A stretch of DNA of 64,000 nt from an uncultured Planctomycetota bacterium (GTDB lineage: Bacteria > Planctomycetota > Planctomycetia > Isosphaerales > Isosphaeraceae), in assembly GCA_963737655.1 (NCBI GenBank), contig CAVTTN010000002.1, positions 160,001 through 224,000 on the forward strand, in the 5' to 3' direction. The translations under genes were made by a program, and so were the position numbers. This document shows, one piece after another, positions 59,796 through 64,000 of the stretch. Below the pieces are notes generated by a model. The model did no database searches. It was given only the letters and a program-made list of their open reading frames with translations, and was not told the origin of the DNA. Every line of letters begins with the position of its first letter. Position 1 is the stretch's first letter.

Positions 59796-60265
59796 CGGCC
59801 TCTCCGAGGGCTGACCTCGACCTGGAGGGGCCCGTTCGTCTTCGACCCGAGGCGATCCGACGTTGCACCGCCCCGGTTGTCTTCCGACTTCGGCTCGGCC
59901 GCGGGCCGTCTGGAGGAAATCTCCCGAGGGCGCGATCCGTCAACGCCGGTCTCGGGGCGCCGAGTTCCCGAGGGGGGTCGTTTGATCTTGAAGTGTCGAT
60001 CTGGGAGGCACCGGTCGAGGACGTCCACTGCCACCCAAATCGGGGACAGATTCCCGGCCTGATCCTCGGAATCCCGGACGAGGTGGAGTCGAGAGCTTCC
60101 GCCGGAGTGAGGGGAAGGGGGTGAGCTTCACTCCCGAGGGACGCATGGATCGACCCTGGCTTCTTCGAACAGCCCGCTTGATCGGGCCCGGCCGGTCGGT
60201 CAAGCTCGGGGCTTCGGCCCTTCCTCTCCCCAAAGACGGTCCTTTGAGATCCGCGAGGCGCGATC

Positions 60266-61086
60266 ATGGCGGACATCCATCCGGTATCGACGATCACGGC
60301 AGCCCCCGACGAGGCCCCGGCGCGAGGTGCCGGGCTCGTCTGGCTCCTGGCCATCGCGGCGGGGCTGGTCGCGGGCCTGGCCGGCTGGGCCGTGAGCGAG
60401 GCGTATTTGCACTCCTTCTCGTCCCGGATCGCGGCGAGGTCGGCGCCTCGGGGCTACCGGGCGGACCTCCGCGCGGGCGATCCGGCCTACGGTCCGTCGC
60501 GGGCCCTCCGCGCCTATCGCCAGGAATACACGACCCGGGCGGCGGCCGCGGCGGCCGGGTCGCTGGCGGTCTGCCTGGGCGTGGCGCTCGCCCTGGCCGG
60601 GGGCTCGCCGGGCGAAGGCCCCGCTCGGCGATCGGCGGGGCGATCGCGGGCGCGACGATCGGAGGGATCGGCTCCTGGATCGCCTCGGTCCTCGCCGTCC
60701 AGGCCTTCCACAAGGGGATGGACCTGGATCCCCTGGTCCGCAAGATCCCCGACCTGTGCTACCTGACCCTGGCCCACGGGGCGCCGGCCGCCGTGATGGG
60801 CCTGGCCGCCGGCCTGGGTTTCGGCCTGGCGATCGGCGGCCGGGGCCGGGCCGGCCTCGGCGCGATCGGCGGAGTCCTCGGCGCGATCCTCGGTGTGGTG
60901 GGCTTCGAGGTCGCCTGCGGGATGCTCCTGCCGCCGGAGCAGGAGGCCCTCGCCATCCCGGAGACGGCCGGCCTCCGCGCCACGGCCGCCATCGTCACGT
61001 GCCTGGCCGTCGCCCTCGGGGCGGCCTGGGCCGAGAGGAACCTGAAGTTTCGCCCGGAGAGCGGCGTCAAGCCTGCCTCGGTCTGA
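60266..61086 (+). CDS. Gly/Ala-rich multi-pass membrane protein (frameshift near 60599-60603)
   Basis: The N-terminal TMs and the C-terminal TMs lie in two frames; adding one G restores AGGLAGRRPRSAIGG. Confidence 0.7.
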
Positions 61087-61172
61087 ACGGGCCCGGTAAG
61101 TCCGCTCTCGCGGACCCGGCAAGGACCGCCCTCGACCACGCGACACGCGGACTCCGCAAGTCTTGAGTCGCC

Positions 61173-61214
61173 GTCGGGTGGTATGCTCACGAAGATGTGA
61201 ACATGCCACCCGAC
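61173..61214. repeat. Single degenerate family-A REP palindrome
   Basis: GTCGGGTGGTATGCTCACGAAGATGTGAACATGCCACCCGAC between convergent genes. Confidence 0.75.
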
Positions 61215-61219
61215 CTGGA

Positions 61220-64000
61220 TCACTTCTTCGCCAGGGCCGTCAGCGTCGGGCCGCTCTGGAGGGCCACGCGGAACCCGGTCTTGCGGGCGAACGTCCCCTT
61301 GGGCACGAGGGTCTCCGTGTTCGTGCCGGGGTCGAACGAGGCCGAGACGAGCTGGAGGACCTTGTCGTCCTTCGTGCCGAACTTGCGGTCGCGGCCGGCG
61401 GTCGTCACGCGGAACCGCGACGCCGAGGGCGCCGCCGAGGCCGTCATCGCCCCGGAGAACGTCAGGACCAGGCGGACGTGCCCCTTTCGGTTGAAGATCG
61501 CCTGGGCCGAGACGATCGACGGCGAGGCCACCGGAGTCGAAGCGGCCGGTGTGCCGGTCGGGGTCGTCGTCGGCGGCGTCTGCGGCTGAGGCCCGGCCGG
61601 AGTGGTGGGGGTCGTGACCGGGGGCGTCGTCACCGGGGGAGTCGTCACCGGAGGCGTGGTGACCGGGGGCGTCGTCACCGGCGCGGCGGCGATCGTGGCC
61701 GTGCCGGTCGCCGAGGTGACCACGGCGTAGCCATTCATGAGCGTCACGACGTCGTGATACGTCCCCGCGTTCGCATAGGTATGCGACGCCGAGACGACCA
61801 GCCGGCCGCTCTCGGCGGTGATCGTCCCGGTCGAGGCCGTGCCGTCTCCCCAGTCGATGCTGGCGACGTAGGACGAGGGGATCGTCAGCGAGACCCCGCC
61901 GAACGAGGCGATCGTCGTCGAGATCGCCTGGCCGGCGACGCCCGAGAGCGCCTGGGCCAGCGGAGAGAGCGGACCCGGGGCGACCGTCACGCCGGTGGAG
62001 GCCGTCGCCGGGGCCGAGCCCACGGTGTCGGTGATCGAGACCGTCACCGTCGGGCTGCCCGGGGCCAGGAACTGATGGGTCCCCCAGACCGTGAAGCCGC
62101 CCGAGCCGTCGGAGACGAGCTGGCCGGCCGAGGTCGGCGAGCCGTCGCCCCAATCGATGGTCGCCGCGAAATCGCCGATCGGCAAGCTCGCCGAACCGGT
62201 GTTGAAGACCGCCACCAGGTTCTTCGCGGTGGCCCCGGCCGTCGTCGCGAAGGACGTTCCGGACGCCTGGATCGTCGGCGCCGTCACGGTGGCGGTCGTC
62301 GTGCTGGTCGTCGAGGAAATGACCTGCCCGGCCGGGCCCGTCTGGGAGATCGTCGTCGTGACGGTGAACGTGCCCGAAACGTCGTAGGTGTGCGGGGCCG
62401 TCACGGTGAAGTCGCCCGAGCCGTCGGACGTGACCTGACCCGTGGAGACCGGCGAGCCATCGCCCCAATCCACGGTGGCCGTGAAGTCGGACGCCGAGGC
62501 CGACGGGTCGCCCGAGGTGAACGAGGCCACGGTCGTCGAGGACGCCGCCCAGGTCGTCACGCCCGGTGGGCTTCCCGAGGCGATGATCGGCGGGCTCGCC
62601 ACGGTGGCGATGCCGTCGATCGAGGAGGTCATCGGGGGCGTCGCGGTCGTGCTGATCGACACGGTCGTCAGGAAGCTGCCCGTCGACCCGTAACGATGGT
62701 CGCCGACGACCTGGAACGTGCCGGGATTGGTCGGGGACGGCGTGATCGTCCCGGTCGAGGTCGAGCCGTCTCCCCAGGTGATCGCGGCCGAGAAGTCGCC
62801 GGCCGAGGCCGAGGGGCTGCCGGCCTGGAACGTGGCGAGGACGCCCGAGTAATCGACGTCGGCCGTCGCGGACACGCCGAAGCCCGTCACCGAGAGGATC
62901 GCCGGCGACGCCGAGACGACGGCCGGGGTCGTCGCGGTGACGCTCTGGGCGAGGTGCTGGAGGGTCACCGTGATGGTGAACGATCCGGTCGTCGCGTAAA
63001 CATGATTTCCGCCGTCCACGATGGCCGGGTCGATCGACGAGGCCGAGGGCGTCACGACCAGGCCGGCGGTCTGGGTGCCGTCGCCCCAGTTGATGGTGGC
63101 GGAGTACGAGCCGGCGTCGAAGAAGGGATCGTGGAACGTCGCGACCGGCTCACTGGGCGAGGCCACCCCGGCCTGGGCCGTGAAGGTCGTCCCCGTGATG
63201 GTGATCGGGGCGTCGTAGAAGCTCGCCAGGCCGAACGTCGAGGCGTTCGCGCCGATCGCCGAATGGTCCTTGGTGTCGAGGACGGTGACCGTCATGAAGC
63301 GGTCGCCGGCCGGGTACGAATAGCCGTTCTTCGGGGCCAGGACGAGGAACCCGCCGTTGCCGTCGGACTGGACGGTCCCGTTCATCGGCAGGAGGTCGTT
63401 GAGATCGACCCGGGCGGCGAAATCCGAGGCGGAGGCGGACGGGTCGGGCGAGGTGAACGACGCCACGACGACATCCGACGTGATCTGCCCTTCCATCGCG
63501 CGGAACGATCGCGGGGCCACGACGAGGCCGGGGTCGGCCAGGGTGGTGCTCACGTGGGACAGCACCCGCTGGGCCTGGTTCACGAGATAAAACCCGCTGC
63601 CGCCGTCGGACGAAATCGCCGCCGGGCCGGCCGAAGGTTGCGGGACGGGGTAGCTGGTGATGATCTCGTTCGCATCGACCTGGCCGATCGCGTCCTTGGC
63701 CAGGTCGGCGAACCAGACCGAGCCGTTGGCGCCGGCGGCGAGGTCGTCGGCGCTGGTGTTGTCGCCCAGGGAGACGCTGGAACTCGTGCCGTCGGCGGCG
63801 ATCCGGCCGATCGAGGCCGCGCCCTCGATCCCCCTGGCCGAGAACCAGACCGAGCCGTCGGTCGCCACGGCCATCTTCATCGGATCGACGCTCACGGGCG
63901 TGTCGATGATGCCCCCGCTCGTGGTGATCTGACCGACGATGCTGGCGCCGGTCTCGGCGAACCAGAGGTGGCCGTTGGGGCCGGAGACGATCCCTCCGGG
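61220..64000 (-). CDS. Large surface protein: Vgb-like beta-propeller repeats, PKD-like repeats, PVTTP linker and C-terminal Ig-like domain; 5' end outside the window
   Basis: GPNGHLWFAE/DGSVWF repeats, five (I/V)xWGDG units, (PVTTP)x5; frame is open to the window edge. Confidence 0.88.
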   Translation of the reverse strand, partial: PGGIVSGPNGHLWFAETGASIVGQITTSGGIIDTPVSVDPMKMAVATDGSVWFSARGIEGAASIGRIAADGTSSSVSLGDNTSADDLAAGANGSVWFADLAKDAIGQVDANEIITSYPVPQPSAGPAAISSDGGSGFYLVNQAQRVLSHVSTTLADPGLVVAPRSFRAMEGQITSDVVVASFTSPDPSASASDFAARVDLNDLLPMNGTVQSDGNGGFLVLAPKNGYSYPAGDRFMTVTVLDTKDHSAIGANASTFGLASFYDAPITITGTTFTAQAGVASPSEPVATFHDPFFDAGSYSATINWGDGTQTAGLVVTPSASSIDPAIVDGGNHVYATTGSFTITVTLQHLAQSVTATTPAVVSASPAILSVTGFGVSATADVDYSGVLATFQAGSPSASAGDFSAAITWGDGSTSTGTITPSPTNPGTFQVVGDHRYGSTGSFLTTVSISTTATPPMTSSIDGIATVASPPIIASGSPPGVTTWAASSTTVASFTSGDPSASASDFTATVDWGDGSPVSTGQVTSDGSGDFTVTAPHTYDVSGTFTVTTTISQTGPAGQVISSTTSTTTATVTAPTIQASGTSFATTAGATAKNLVAVFNTGSASLPIGDFAATIDWGDGSPTSAGQLVSDGSGGFTVWGTHQFLAPGSPTVTVSITDTVGSAPATASTGVTVAPGPLSPLAQALSGVAGQAISTTIASFGGVSLTIPSSYVASIDWGDGTASTGTITAESGRLVVSASHTYANAGTYHDVVTLMNGYAVVTSATGTATIAAAPVTTPPVTTPPVTTPPVTTPPVTTPTTPAGPQPQTPPTTTPTGTPAASTPVASPSIVSAQAIFNRKGHVRLVLTFSGAMTASAAPSASRFRVTTAGRDRKFGTKDDKVLQLVSASFDPGTNTETLVPKGTFARKTGFRVALQSGPTLTALAKK
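61608..61682 (-). repeat. 15-bp coding tandem repeat (PVTTP)x5
   Basis: GTCGT(C/G)ACCGG-based units. Confidence 0.8.

Overview
High-GC bacterial chromosome segment, most likely a planctomycete of the Isosphaeraceae type. This is inferred from the DUF1501, DUF1549/DUF1553 and DUF4058 genes, the LEPR-xLL surface proteins and the ECF sigma factors. From left to right it holds: (1) a minus-strand gap-pgk-rpe-(pseudo)phosphatase-accD-SDR operon, back to back with tRNA-Thr(CGT); (2) a DUF1501 gene and an ABC exporter; (3) a SufR-led suf Fe-S operon (sufC, sufB, sufD, rhodanese, sufE, DUF59/SufT, but no sufS) interrupted by six passenger genes (xisH, xisI, an unknown two-gene module, NADAR, a membrane protein); (4) atypical regulators, lpxB, YyaL, an aldolase, a 2-hydroxyacid dehydrogenase, a radical SAM protein and ECF sigmas; (5) a divergent four-gene envelope cluster; (6) DUF1549/DUF1553 and DUF1501 genes; (7) an hcnB-hcnC hydrogen cyanide synthase-like pair without hcnA, followed directly by pyrK; (8) an nth-like gene, rpsT, a TPR protein, a gluconolactonase and msrB; (9) a 0.9 kb repeat-rich non-coding block; (10) a large propeller/PKD-repeat surface protein running off the right edge. 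Three families of REP/REPIN-like palindromes are present. Seven genes carry single-base frameshifts, nearly all in G/C runs, which are most likely assembly errors. All family assignments come from motif recognition by eye; no database search was run.
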